The notes: generated by a model not told the origin, from the sequence alone. Shown: positions 1 to 12,148, counted from the stretch's first letter. The stretch is 61,963 bases of DNA from Octopus bimaculoides (GCF_001194135.2 NC_068981.1:102019821-102081783), one strand, 5' to 3'. A program made the numbers and translations.

Positions 1-42
<42 letters not shown>

Positions 43-80
43 AACAAGATTAGTTTTTAATATTTCATTTTATATAAAAT

Positions 81-335
81 CTCTTTTACTTGTATCAGTC
101 ATCAACGGTTGACAAGCGGTGGTGGGGAACAAACACAGACACAAAGATACACACTCATTATATATATATAATATATATGATGAGCTTCTTTCAGTTTCCC
201 TCTACCAAATCCACTCACAAGGCTTCGGTTGGCCCGAGGCCATAGTAGAAGACATTTGCCCAAGGTGTCATGCAGAGAGACTGAACCCTGAACCATGTGG
301 TTGAAAAATAAGCTTTTTACCACACAGCCATGCCT
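81..335 (-). mobile_element. tRNA-derived SINE, family A (internally deleted)
   Basis: Reverse complement of the head (ggctgtgtggtaaaaagct...ggttcagtc), the body ccactcacaaggct..ggcccgagg and the tail cttttacttgt.tcagtc; the same blocks recur more than 12 times in the window. Confidence 0.85.
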
Positions 336-540
336 GTATCTATGTTAATATATGATACAAAAAATTATTAAAAAAAATAATAAAGCTTTATTACATTATT
401 GTGTTTTGTTTCTAAACAGAAATTGGTTTGGGAAAAGCTTTGTAGCCAAGGCAAGTGTATCATACAAGCTACTCTGCACATTCTAATATTAATCTATATA
501 TTAGTGAAAAAAAAAAGTATGTATTGAGTATGGTTTGAAA

Positions 541-670
541 TTTCCCCAAGACACCTGATGAAGGCTGGAGAGTATATCAGCCGAAACGTTGTGTTAACAA
601 CAAAGAAGATGGGGACGAATATCCATCAAATGTAAATAATGTACATAATTCCTCATCTCTCAAATATAGA
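541..670 (+). mobile_element. Penelope-like element terminal fragment carrying a hammerhead motif
   Basis: Contains ctgatgaaggctg...cagccgaaacgtt; minimal type I hammerheads are a known hallmark of Penelope-like pLTRs. Confidence 0.55.
550..595 (+). ncRNA. Minimal type I hammerhead ribozyme (predicted fold)
   Basis: Stem I GACAC/GTGTT, core CTGATGA plus extra A, stem II GGCTG/CAGCC, GAAA, palindromic ACGT stem III, predicted GUU cleavage triplet. Confidence 0.65.
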
Positions 671-747
671 ATTGTATTAAACTGATGTTTTTATGTAAAT
701 ACCTTTATGTTTATGTAAGTATGCATCACCAAATATGAATAATATAT

Positions 748-972
748 ATATTCTTAAACAAGAATATTAATGACAGTGACCTTGAAGTTTTGGGCATATA
801 AGCCATTGGTGAACTGTCCAACAATGGTTTAACTGGCCAAAACGTCGAAGTCACTGTCTGTCAATAATTCAATGATATTTTTAAGAATAATAAATTCTTT
901 CTCTACAGAAGTATAGAGTAACTCATCGAATTAATGTAAAATTGTTTCTATTATAACTGAATATAAAAACAA
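748..972 (+). repeat. Diverged copy of hairpin-bearing repeat module also at 1830-2007 and 9591-9739
   Basis: Reverse complement aligns by eye to 1830-1985 (ttcagttataat..aacaattttacattaat..gacagtgacttc). Confidence 0.65.
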
Positions 973-1829
973 ACAACACACCATCTCTCTCTCATAAATA
1001 TATTATATATATATATCACCAGATGGAGTACTTTTTTGTTGATCTTTTTATCACAGTACTACATTATATATATGAGGATATATGCTTATGTATACATGTG
1101 TATGCGTGTGAGAGTGTGTACGCACACATACACACATATATGATTTGTTCCCAAGATGATATATCAACTTGAGTAATTTTCCTTTCATACTAATAAATAC
1201 AATTTTTTCCAACGCAGACTTACCACCAGTCTCCTTGGATTCTGTTTATTTTTTTTTTCCACTTATAAATACATAGCAACCCCTCCACACACATACCATA
1301 CCTACATACACCCACATCTAAACAAATAATAAAGGTGTGCATTCATGTTTGTGTGAATGAATATTTTGCAATCTAATCTGCTTTCATTTTGTATTTATGA
1401 TAACCTTTCTGATAACATATTTATAGAAAGCCAATCTGTTATTCATAACATTTCTTTTATTACCATTTCCCTTTCATTACCCCGCCATCATTTCCTGTAT
1501 TCTCTTTATTTGTTGTTTTTTTTTAATTTGTTTGTTTGTCTACTTCATTTCATTTCAACTTCCTCCACCCACCGCCTAAACATCCTTACATGAAGCAGGA
1601 TTTGTTTATTTTTTCAAACTAGTTTCATTCATTGAACTGTGGCTACACCAGAACGCTACCCTCAATGTTTTTTTCCCCTCTTTTTTATTGATTATACCAA
1701 CCTCATCACCCACTCATCACTTTGACATTTATTTTATGGGACATGGACAGGGAATAGGTGAAATCTACTTGGACAAACATGAACATAAGCAAAACATATA
1801 CAGATATGTGTGTGTGTGTGTATATATAT

Positions 1830-2828
1830 GTTTTTATCTTCAGTTATAATAAAACAATTTTACATTAATCTGATGGGTTATTCTATACTTTTGTAAAGTA
1901 CAAATTTATTCTTATACGAGACTGTTTTTGACAGTGACTTCAAAGTTTCAGTCAACTAAGCCAAAACTTCGAAGTCACTATCAACAAGATTCTTGTATGA
2001 GAATTATATATATATATATAGGAAAATGAAATAATAATAATACCGCAGAATGCTAAACTGAAAGCATATTTTAATATAGATGTGTATAAGGAGGATTAAA
2101 AAGAATTTCTAACCGGCTTTCATCGCATGGCAAATTTTCAAGAAGGAAAATGAAAATAATGTTCTTTACAAAAAAATAAAAAATATATAAAAAAATAAAT
2201 ATACCAATACATTATATTGTCTTTGAGCTTTTAAAGTTCAATGGTAATCCATGTAGATAATTGTTAGAAAAATAAGGATGCATGTAATTAAGATCAGTGT
2301 CATGTTTAAAAAAGGCTGAGAGTTTATGTGTTAAACAGGAAGTGTGGTGTCAAAACAGGAAGTGTGTGTAAGGGAAGACAATTCTGTGGGTCTTATACTC
2401 TTTAGTTGGAGTTCTGGACTCTTTGGCAACAGGAAGTTTATGTCTGTTCTTAGAGAAACAAGAAGTAAATTTATATGTACTTCAATGGGTAGGCGAGAGA
2501 AGGGAATATGGTCACCGAGGAGTTTGTATGTTAAGAAGGATTTGGAATTTCTCTATAAAAAGATTCTCCTTGTTGATTCGTTCTTGTGTAGAGATTCTGT
2601 CTTTACATTGATAGAAAGGGAATATAAGGAATTTAGGGTTTTTATTTCTGGCGCAAGAGTCTATGTGGCCACTGAGTGTAATTTGGCGGTGTTGTGGAAT
2701 GTCAAGGAAGATGTAATGAAGACCAATTTCATAAAGAAAGGCAACAAGTGGAAAGATGAAGGTCTTGAGAAGATCCATATCCAAACCAGATAAGTATCTA
2801 AAGACTGGAAGCGATGATAATGATGATG

Positions 2829-2830
<2 letters not shown>
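1830..2830 (-). mobile_element. Penelope-like retroelement 3' fragment (GIY-YIG-like C-terminus, 3' UTR, internal (TA)n, hairpin module)
   Basis: Minus ORF 2512-2784 ends GHIDSCARNKNPKFLIFPFYQC...RINKENLFIEKFQILLN, resembling PLE GIY-YIG C-termini; 1858-2460 is repeated at 9591-10172. Confidence 0.5.
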
Positions 2831-2864
<34 letters not shown>

Positions 2865-4366
2865 ATTTCAGATGTTTTTTTTACCTGCTCGAAGAACTGA
2901 TTGCAAGCCATGGAAATGCCACAGTAATATACTAGTGGATCAACCGAAATAAATTATTACACTATGGTATCAAGTACTTTTTCTCCTACTTTATTACCAA
3001 CAGAAACACACACATACACACTCCTGTCTGAGTAACTGGTAGCATGTTGGGAAAACTCCAAAGCAACATGCTACTGGATCAACTGAAATAAATCACACAC
3101 ACATACACACACACACACACACACATCTATGTGTGTGTATATATGCTAATGGATGACTGTACAAGTTTGCCTGCATGCGTGACTTAATCATATGCATATG
3201 TTCAAAAGTGAAATAAAAAGTTTTTTTTTGAAAAAGAAATGTATGATTCATTTAACTAAAGTAGTTTGTTAAGTGATCCAGGCATATTTTTGTATTTGAG
3301 AGAGAGCGAGAGAGAGAGAGAGGGGTGGGGGAAATAAAGAAGAGGGAGAGTGAGAGATAAAGACTAGAGAAGATGAAAAAAAATCTTGTAGAGACGTGTA
3401 AAAGAGAAGTAAAAGAAAGCTCTTGATGTGATTTTTGAACTTTCTCATCCTTCAGAATAGTTGAGTAAATGGAAATGACACTTCAAGATGGTAAAAGAAG
3501 GTAAAGAAGGATTCTAAAAATATTAATGAAATTTATAGAAAATATATAACCAAATGAAAAGAAAATGATAACTATCAGCATTCAAATATTATACTTTCCA
3601 TCAGGAAAGATGAAAAAATAAAATAAAACTTAGAATGATCAAAAAATATCTCAAAAAAAAAAAAAATGACAGATCGAAGACTCTTAAGAAAAAGAAAATA
3701 AGATAAACAATAACTCTATGTCTTCTGATTATTGTCAGAATGAAAGAAAATTAAAAAAAAAACAATATATATATATACATATATAGATATAAAAATCAAA
3801 GATTTATTAAAATGCAAACATATAAAGAAATTTAAGAACAAAAAAAAACTAATAATAAAATTGACCCAAAGTATTGTCTATACTTTCTGATGTAATCAAT
3901 TTTCTCTAGTGGTTCCAACATTATCTGATGACAATCATTAATCTTCTAAAGGATCACAGGATAATATTCCACACAGAAAGTTAAATGAAAAGATAACAGA
4001 ACAATTGTACAACGTTTTTATTTTTTTTCCCCAATATTTTTTTCCTCCTTTTTTGAGTAGATCAGGTGAGTGTTGGGTTGAGTTGAAGAGAGAGACAGAG
4101 AGAGAGAGAAGACACAAGACAGTAAAACAATGGTCTGGAAAATCTAATCTGTCAGAAGTTTTATTATTTGATTTGAATGTCACACCCTGACAGTCTCCTC
4201 ATGAGGTTTTGTGTTTCTGCATGTCAAAAACCATTTCAAAGGTTGTTTACTGCTAATGTTTGCTACAGATTTGGCATATTTCATTTTCCTTTTTATTTTT
4301 ATTTCACCATCAGCTGAAAAATACTAAACAAATGTATTTTTCTCTTCATGTTACATGTTAACAGGC

Positions 4367-4785
4367 AAAGGTGTGACTGTGAGAAAAGAGACTTGCTTTC
4401 CAACCATGTGGTTTTGAGTTCAGTCCTACTGTGTGGCACCTTCGGCAAGTTTCTATTATTATGGGCCCTGGGCCAACCAAAGCCTAGAGAGTGGGTTTGG
4501 TAGACAGAAACTGAAATCTTGTCATACACACATGTGTGTGCATGTACTCTCTCCTTGTCTTGACATCACATGATAGTAAACCAGTGTCATCATTATGCAA
4601 GCAGTGTCTGTCCCTTCCAATCTTTAGTTAAAACATGTCTAGTTGTGAAGAAATATCACCTTACTAGGAAAGCAGGCTGGAGTTGGCTGCAGAAAGTATG
4701 TTACAAGGGTATCTGGTTGCAACAAATTCTGCTTGACTCATATAAGCATGGCAAAGTGGATGTCGAAACAATGACGATAATGTTA
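4367..4785 (+). mobile_element. SINE with family A head and RTE-like tail (diverged)
   Basis: Head ttccaaccatgtggttttgagttcagtcctactgtgtggcacc; tail agcatggcaaagtggatgtcgaaacaatgacgataatg. Confidence 0.6.
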
Positions 4786-4825
4786 CATCACAAAGTGACT
4801 TTCAACTCTTTTCTATACCTGTACT

Positions 4826-5094
4826 CAGGGCTGGTTTTAAGCCAATTAGACAGATTTATTCAAATTGGGCTCTGAGCTAAGAGAGGGCCCTGTGCATATG
4901 CTTGAGTGGAGGATGCTATGATGAATTTTTAGTATATCATTTTAGCTAATAATGGAGCCTCAAGCCCTCAACACTTTTTGGCTGGGATTGGTTTATTACA
5001 CAAAGCATAAAACATCAATCTACAGCTTTTGCAGAGTAGAGGGCCCCACTGACTATTCTGTAATTGGGCCCTGCACTTCCTAGTGCAGGCCCTG
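4826..5094. mobile_element. Non-autonomous hAT-type element (MITE)
   Basis: Ends CAGGGCTG / CAGGCCCTG; perfect 8-bp TSD cctgtact at 4818-4825 and 5095-5102. Confidence 0.8.
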
Positions 5095-5848
5095 CCTGTA
5101 CTTATATGACAAAATTTCAAGAAATGTATTACTAGAATATATGCTCTTCTTGTAGTTTAGTGCCAGCCCAGCCTTAATTAAGTAGATCTATTATACAGAG
5201 TGTTCTAGCTATGACCATCCTCTCCTTTATTTGAGCATCCTGTATGTTTCCCCCCATAGACTGCTGCCTTGGCATTGTGGGGAGCTTACATGCATGTGAC
5301 CCTGAGAGTTGTACCAGCAGAGTGTTTAGCACTATGCTTTACAGATTCAATGATGCCAGATAGGTCAAAAGATAAAAAAACAGATTAAAAGATAGTCCCC
5401 AGTCTTCCAGGTAAAGGGTTTTGCATGGAGTTAGCAACGCCCTTACTCTGTAAAAACTTACATCAACTATAGAAATGTCATAGAAGAAACCAAAGCAAAT
5501 TTCACAATTCTAGGGATCAAAAATAAAGACCTAAGACAGACAAGGGTCTGAGTGAGTGAATAATCATGTATCCAATGGTATGTTATTAAATGTAGTCTTA
5601 GACATGAACTTATAAAAGATAGTAGGGTATATCAAGAGAAAATTTAGCTGCTATTTATAGCAGGTCAAGCAGCAATTTCTCTAAGCTCATCAACTCTATT
5701 TCTCTATACTTAAGCTAAATGATATCCTTGTTTTACTCCAATAGAGAAAACATAAGCTCAAACTGGAAATCTTTTATTCTGTACACTACACACCCTTGTG
5801 TGTTTGGAAACAGACTTTTGATATCTTTTTTATCAATTTTTTTTACAC

Positions 5849-6233
5849 TTGCTTCAATCATTAGACTGTGGTCTTGCTGGGGAACTGCCTTTGAAGAATT
5901 TTTAGTCAAACAAATTGACTCCAGTACTTATTTTATGTTTTTAAACCTGGTACTCATTGTATCGTCTCTTTTGCCAAAATGTTAAGTCACAGGGATGTAA
6001 ACAAAACCAACACCATTTGTCAAGTGGTGGTAGTGGTCGGGGGGACAAACATAGACACAAAGACATATGCACATACACACATATATATGATGGGTTTCTT
6101 TCAGTTTCCATCAACCAAATCCACACACATTATCTTTTGTTGTCTCAAGGCTATAGTAGAAGACATTTGCCCAAGGTGCCACACAGTGGGACTGAATCTG
6201 GAACATGGTTGGGAAGTAAGCTTCTTACCACAC
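5849..6233 (-). mobile_element. SINE family A
   Basis: Tail, (CA/TA) spacer and head blocks in reverse orientation. Confidence 0.8.
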
Positions 6234-6899
6234 AAGGTTAGCATTTCTCAAGCAGGGTACCCTAGAACCCTATGGATTCCTGACTGGTTCCACAAGAGAA
6301 AGTGATAAATAGGTTATTTATATGGAAATGCTTACTTTCTAGTCATATTTCAATTTAATTCTATGTTTGTAATTTTATTAAATACACAGATTATATGCAT
6401 ATATTCCTTAAGGTAATAAAATATCATGGCTGCTTTAAGGAGACTATGAATAAAATACTTTGTAGAGAATTGTAAGGGAAATTGGTCTAAATAAGGTCAT
6501 AAGATAAAATTTCTTAGGCCTTTTTTGTGGTACCTGATAGCTTTAGCACTGTTAAACCTTTTAAAGGCAATTTTCATCTCTTTTGAAATAACTTAATGGA
6601 AAAAGAAAGAACAGATCAATAAAAAATATTAAGTAAATTTAACATAGGTTCATCAAGAGAAAATGGTTGAGAACTGTTGCCCTATGGTATCATGATCTCT
6701 TGGTTAGAAATCACTCATGTATAGGCTTCCTTATTGCTTAAGACACAGTAATTTGTATAAACAAATAAAATAGCACAACACATTAACAGGCCTCAACTTT
6801 AGTAATTTTACTATAACTAATTTAGTACATTATGGTATCAAGCTGCTGCTACTTCACATTGAGAGGACACAGCTTGGGTACATCTGATATGTAGCCAGA

Positions 6900-7140
6900 A
6901 GACTGCAAGAAAGAATCAGAAGATAAACATTTCAAGCTGAGCCAACCAGCAAGAGATCTACGGATAGACCAAGAATGAGATAGTTGGATAATATCCATAA
7001 TCTTAGTTGATCATGTTCAGGAATCCAGCATGAAAATTTAATGGTTGCTTCTGATAGGAACTCTATGGACGAGGTGCCTGAGGATTTTACTCCTATAACT
7101 TTTCCAGGAATAATAGATGTCGAAAATGGATGAACTGGCA
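6900..7140 (+). mobile_element. RTE-type LINE ORF C-terminal fragment
   Basis: Translates ...KRSTDRPRMR*LDNIHNL..., resembling the RTE GRPRxRWxDxI motif; disrupted. Confidence 0.45.
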
Positions 7141-7765
7141 GAAACATGAAGAGTGTTGGATAGAGTGTCTTGCAATATTTGTTCCAATACTTTACACCCT
7201 GAGTTCAAATCCTGTTTAAGTCAACTTTGCTTTTCAGCCTTTTGGGATTACTAAAAGTGTCAGACCATGGCAGTGGATAAGTGGAATGTTAGTAGGTTCA
7301 AAGATATATCCTACTATATCTCTTTTGGCTCTGTATGTTCTGAGTTTAAACTTCATATCCTGTTACTGGCAAAGATGGTAAAGCAAGTGCCTAAATATTT
7401 CAGCTGATCACACTCAGTGCTAACACACCAGCCATCATACGGGGATATTCAAATCCTGTGCACTTAATGAACAAAGTTTGTAGCTTCCAGTTTTATATAC
7501 AAACCATCACATCTTTTGTGTAATGTAAACATATCAATAATAATTTGGGTTTCTTACTGTTGAAAATGTCTTTTGTTTTATACACTAATATTAGTCTCAC
7601 TCTATATAATCAAAAAGAAACCAATTAGGAGCTTGAACATAACAGTCATTTAGTGATAGGTATGCCAGGTCCCTATAACTGTTGTTGATGAGATCACAGA
7701 AGTGACAAAAATGGTACCACTTCAAAAAATAAAATACAAGAGTAAATAACCATTTTCCTGTGTTC

Positions 7766-8209
7766 TTAACTCATTTTGCTTCAGATAAATTTGAATAGAA
7801 TGAAGAATTTAGTAAAATATTTTGCTACTAAATTTAGTGTATGTAAAATAAATTAACAAAAAATGTTGATGGAAGGTTTTTCTTCAGGTCACTTTAAAAC
7901 AGGAAGTTTCTCTCATAGTACCAGGGATAGTGTTGGGGGTATTGGTAATAAAACAGTTACATGACTAACATGTTTCTTCTATGATGTAATTGTTTGAGTT
8001 TTAACATATTGTCTAGACCAATTCAACTCACAAACATTTATTCATATTGTCTTGAATTAATCATGAATTATCTTGTAGCTTCAAAGTTTTATGTGATATT
8101 TTTAAAATGCGTAGTTGAATAGGTGTGAGAGGCCAGATTTGGCCAGTTTAAATATAATAGAGCAGAATATTTTGGTCAAATATGGTTAGTTTAACTGCAA
8201 AAGGGTTAA
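7766..8209. mobile_element. piggyBac-like non-autonomous element
   Basis: Left ttaactcattttgc vs right gcaaaagggttaa (TTAA-CCC..GGG-TTAA style ends); left end degenerate. Confidence 0.4.
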
Positions 8210-8951
8210 AACTTCATTTTTGGAAGACTATAATTCACACCATGATACACTTGAAGAAAACGAAGAAGCCTCTATGTGGTTACTTAATCTGCTAGATATA
8301 GCAGCAAAATTTCCTTCAAATCTTACCCTACTACCTTAAACGAAGGGGAAAAAAAGTCATTTAGTTTGCAAACGTGTGTATGTGTATTAGTGTATGTATG
8401 CATGTATGAGTGTGTGTATGCATGCATATGCATTCATGAAAAAATATGTACCAAGCAAATAAATAAGTACTGGGGTTGACATGATTGACTAAGCACTAAA
8501 CCCATGAAATATGACTGCAATAAGTAAGAGAATGAAAAAAATAAAATAAAAATGTAAAAATAATGTAATCAGTGAGAAACATAAAAACAAGTTAAGATTG
8601 GAATATCACTTTTAATTGTAAATGTCAGATCACTCATGACCTGGGGTTAAACAACCACAACAACAACTATATTTTTTCACATAATTCTGAATATGACATT
8701 GAATAGTTTGAGGCTCTACTCACTCTCTCTCACACAGACGCACGCACGCGTACAAATACATCTAAGCTGCATGTGCAGATGATGATGACTTTGAAATATA
8801 TCATCTTATATCTGTTACTATTTCAAGCAGCTCATATGATTTTGATCTTTTTATCAACACTCTTGTAGCTAACATTACCACCATGTCATATCACTGACAT
8901 CATTTATCTCACATCGTTGCATTTAGCCAACAACATTAGCTGAAACTGATA

Positions 8952-8985
<34 letters not shown>

Positions 8986-9028
8986 ATGTGCATATTCACA
9001 CAAGAATGTATTATATATGTATATATTC

Positions 9029-9590
9029 TCTCTCTCTTTTTACTCTTTTACTTGTTTCAGTCATTTGACTGCGGCCACACTGGAGCACCGCCTTTTAGTC
9101 AAGCAAATCAACCCCGGGAATTATTCTTTGGAAGCCTAGTACTTATTCTATCGGACTGTTTTGCCGAACCGCTAAGTTACAGGGACGTAAACACAGTACC
9201 ATCAGTTGTCAAGCGATGCTGGGGGGACAAACACAAACACACAAACACATATATATATATATATCTTTTACTTGTTTCAGTCATTTGACTGTGGCCATGC
9301 TGGAGCAGCGCCTTTAGTTGAGCAAATCGACCCCAGGACTTATTTTTAGTAAGCTTAGTACTTATTCTATTGGTCTCTTTTGCCGAACCGCTAAGTTAAG
9401 GGGACGTAAACACACCAGCATCGGTGGTGGTCAAGCGATGTTGGGGGACAAACACAAACACAAAAACATATACACACACATACATACATATACATATAAA
9501 TGATGGGTTTCTTTCAGTTTCTGTCTACCAAATCCACTCACAAGGCTTTGGTCAGCCCGAGGATATAGTAGAAGACACTTGCCCAAGGTG
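9029..9590 (-). mobile_element. Two tandem SINE family A copies (a 3' half plus a head-truncated copy)
   Basis: Tail block cttttacttgtttcagtcatttgactg occurs at about 9045 and 9267; second copy is cut at gcccaaggtg. Confidence 0.85.
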
Positions 9591-9763
9591 TTTTACATTA
9601 ATCTGATGGGTTATTCTATACTTTTGTAAAGTACAAATTTATTCTTATACGAGACTGTTTTTGACAGTGACTTCAAAGTTTCAGTCAACTAAGCTGAAAT
9701 TTTGAAGTCACTATCAACAAGATTCTTGTATGAGAATTATATATATATATATATATATATATA

Positions 9764-10567
9764 GGAAAACAAAATAATAATAGTAAGGCAGAATGCTAAA
9801 CTGAAAGCATATTTTAATATAGATGTGTATAAGGAGGATAAAAAAGGATTTCTAACCAGCTTTCATTGCATGGCAAATTTTCAAGAAGGAGGAAAATGAA
9901 AAAAAATATATAAAAAAATAAATATACCAATGCATTATAATGTCTGAGTTTTTAAAGTTCCATGGTAATCCATGTAGATAAATGTTAGATAGATTAGGAT
10001 GCATGGAATTAAGAATGTTGTGTTTAAAAAAGGCTGAGAATTTATGTGTTAAATAGGAAGTGTGGTGTCAAAACAGGAAGTGTAAGGGAAGACAATTCTG
10101 TGGGTTTTATACTCTTTAGTTGGAGTTCTGGACTCTTTGTCAACAGGAAGTTTCTCTAAGAACAGACATAAAATTCCTGTTGACAAAGAGTCCAGAACTC
10201 AAACTAAAGAGTATAAAACTCACAGAATTGTCTTCCCTTACACACACTTCCTGTTTTGACACCACACTTCCTATTTAACACATAAACTCTCAGCCTTTTT
10301 TAAACACAACATTCTTAATTCCATGCATCCTAATCTATCTAACAATTATCTACATGGATTACCATGGAACTTTAAAAACTCAAAGACAATATAATGCATT
10401 GGTATCTTTATTTTTTATATATTTTTTCATTTTCCTTCTTCTTGAAAATTTGGCATGCAATGAAAGCCGGTTAGAAATCCTTTTTTATCCTCTTTATACA
10501 CATCTATATTAAAATATGCTTTCAGTTTAGCATTCTGCCTTATTATTATAATTATTTTTTATTTTCC
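9764..10567. repeat. 804-bp fold-back palindrome derived from the Penelope-like 3' UTR
   Basis: Arms of about 390 bp are reverse complements with a 16-24 nt spacer (10150-10173); (TA)n on both outer ends; arm sequence matches 2020-2460. Confidence 0.9.
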
Positions 10568-10591
10568 TATATATATATATATATATATATA

Positions 10592-10625
<34 letters not shown>

Positions 10626-10635
10626 CACACACATA

Positions 10636-11850
10636 TAGGGTCATCCCATAAATAATGCGGTGGAGGGGGGTTCATTGCATGAACTAAATGTTGGAGGGGG
10701 ACAGGATAAACTACCTGCATCAACTTGCTCCAAAAGCAGGCAGTAATTGTATCTTATTAGTGCAGTTTAATTTTAACAGTTATTTTTTTCAAAGCTATAA
10801 TGGAAGTGACAAAGCATATTTGGCATATTTTGCTTTATAAATTCAATCAAGGCAACAATGCAACAGAAAGTGTGAGGAATATCAATGCAGTATATGAGGA
10901 CTGGACAATAAATGTAAGCCAATGTCAATAGTGGTTCCAGAAATTCTGAGCTGAAAACTACAGCGTAGAAGAGGACCCTCATCTGGAAGATCTGCAGAGC
11001 TCAATGAGGACATCGTAACCATTAAGGAACTAGGAGATAAGCTTGGATTTGGTTATTCAACCATTCATCAACACCGTGCCATTGGAAAAGTCAACAATTG
11101 GGTTAATGGGTTCCTTACAAACTTTGTGAGTCTAATCACACACAGAGTGAATTTGTGCTCTTCTTTGCTGTCATATTTCATGAAAGAACCTTTTTTTAAT
11201 ACCGAATAGTGACTGGTGATGAGAAATGTGTTCTCTATAAAAATGCCAAGTGCCGAAGACAGTGGGTAGGGAGAGCAGAAACACCGGCACCCCAAACTAA
11301 AGAACGCCTTCACCCACGTAAGGTTTTGTTATCTGCTTGGTGGGATACGAAAGGTTTAGTCCAATTTGAACTTTTAAACCCAAACCAAATTATAACAAAG
11401 ATCTACTGCAAGCAGCTTGAGTGGATTAAGTCAGCACTAGAAGAAAAATGACCAGATCTTTGGTTTCAAGAGGAAAAGTGTTCTTCCATCTGGATAATGC
11501 TAAGCCACAAACAGTGAGGATGACATTCCAAAAGCTGGAGCAGTTTGAATAGGAAATAATGCCTTACTCAGCATATTCACTGGACACAGCCCCATCTGAT
11601 TATCATTTATTCTCCAGTCTTCAAAATAAACAGAAAAAATATAGCAGGCGATATCAGTACAGTACTGGAGAAGTATTTTTCATCATGGACAAGTGAATAT
11701 TGGAAGAGGGGCCTTGCAAGTCTACCAAATAGATAGAAGAGCATTGTAGAAAATGAGGGGAGAGTATATTTTAGATTAAAATAGAACTTTATTTTAAATT
11801 TGAAAAATAAAAGAAATACAAAAAACTGCATTATCTATGGGATGACCCAA
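10636..11850 (+). mobile_element. Decayed full-length mariner (DD34D-type) transposon
   Basis: TIRs gggtcatcccataaataatgcgg / ctgcattatctatgggatgacccaa in TA context; fragments MEVTKHIWHILLY.., TGDEKCVLY..LHPRKVLLSAWWDTKG, and APSDYHLF; frameshifts and stops. Confidence 0.92.
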
Positions 11851-12120
11851 TATATACATACAGATATACATAAACACATACATACAAACATATATACATA
11901 CACACATGTATACACATATATACATATACACACATATATACATATATATATACACATACATACACACACATATACATATATACATATACATACATACACA
12001 TATGTATATACACAAATAGATACATACACATATATATATATACACATATACATACACATACACACACACACACATATATATACACACATGCACACCCATA
12101 TATACACACACACATATGTG
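11851..12120. repeat. Compound (TA/CA) microsatellite
   Basis: Degenerate dinucleotide repeats between the mariner and hAT elements. Confidence 0.9.
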
Positions 12121-12148
12121 TCATAGAATGGCGTCTTATGCTATAGGT

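Noticed and set aside
6240-6690. Possible hAT MITE ending ttgagaactgttg
   Set aside because: Left TIR degenerate and no TSD found
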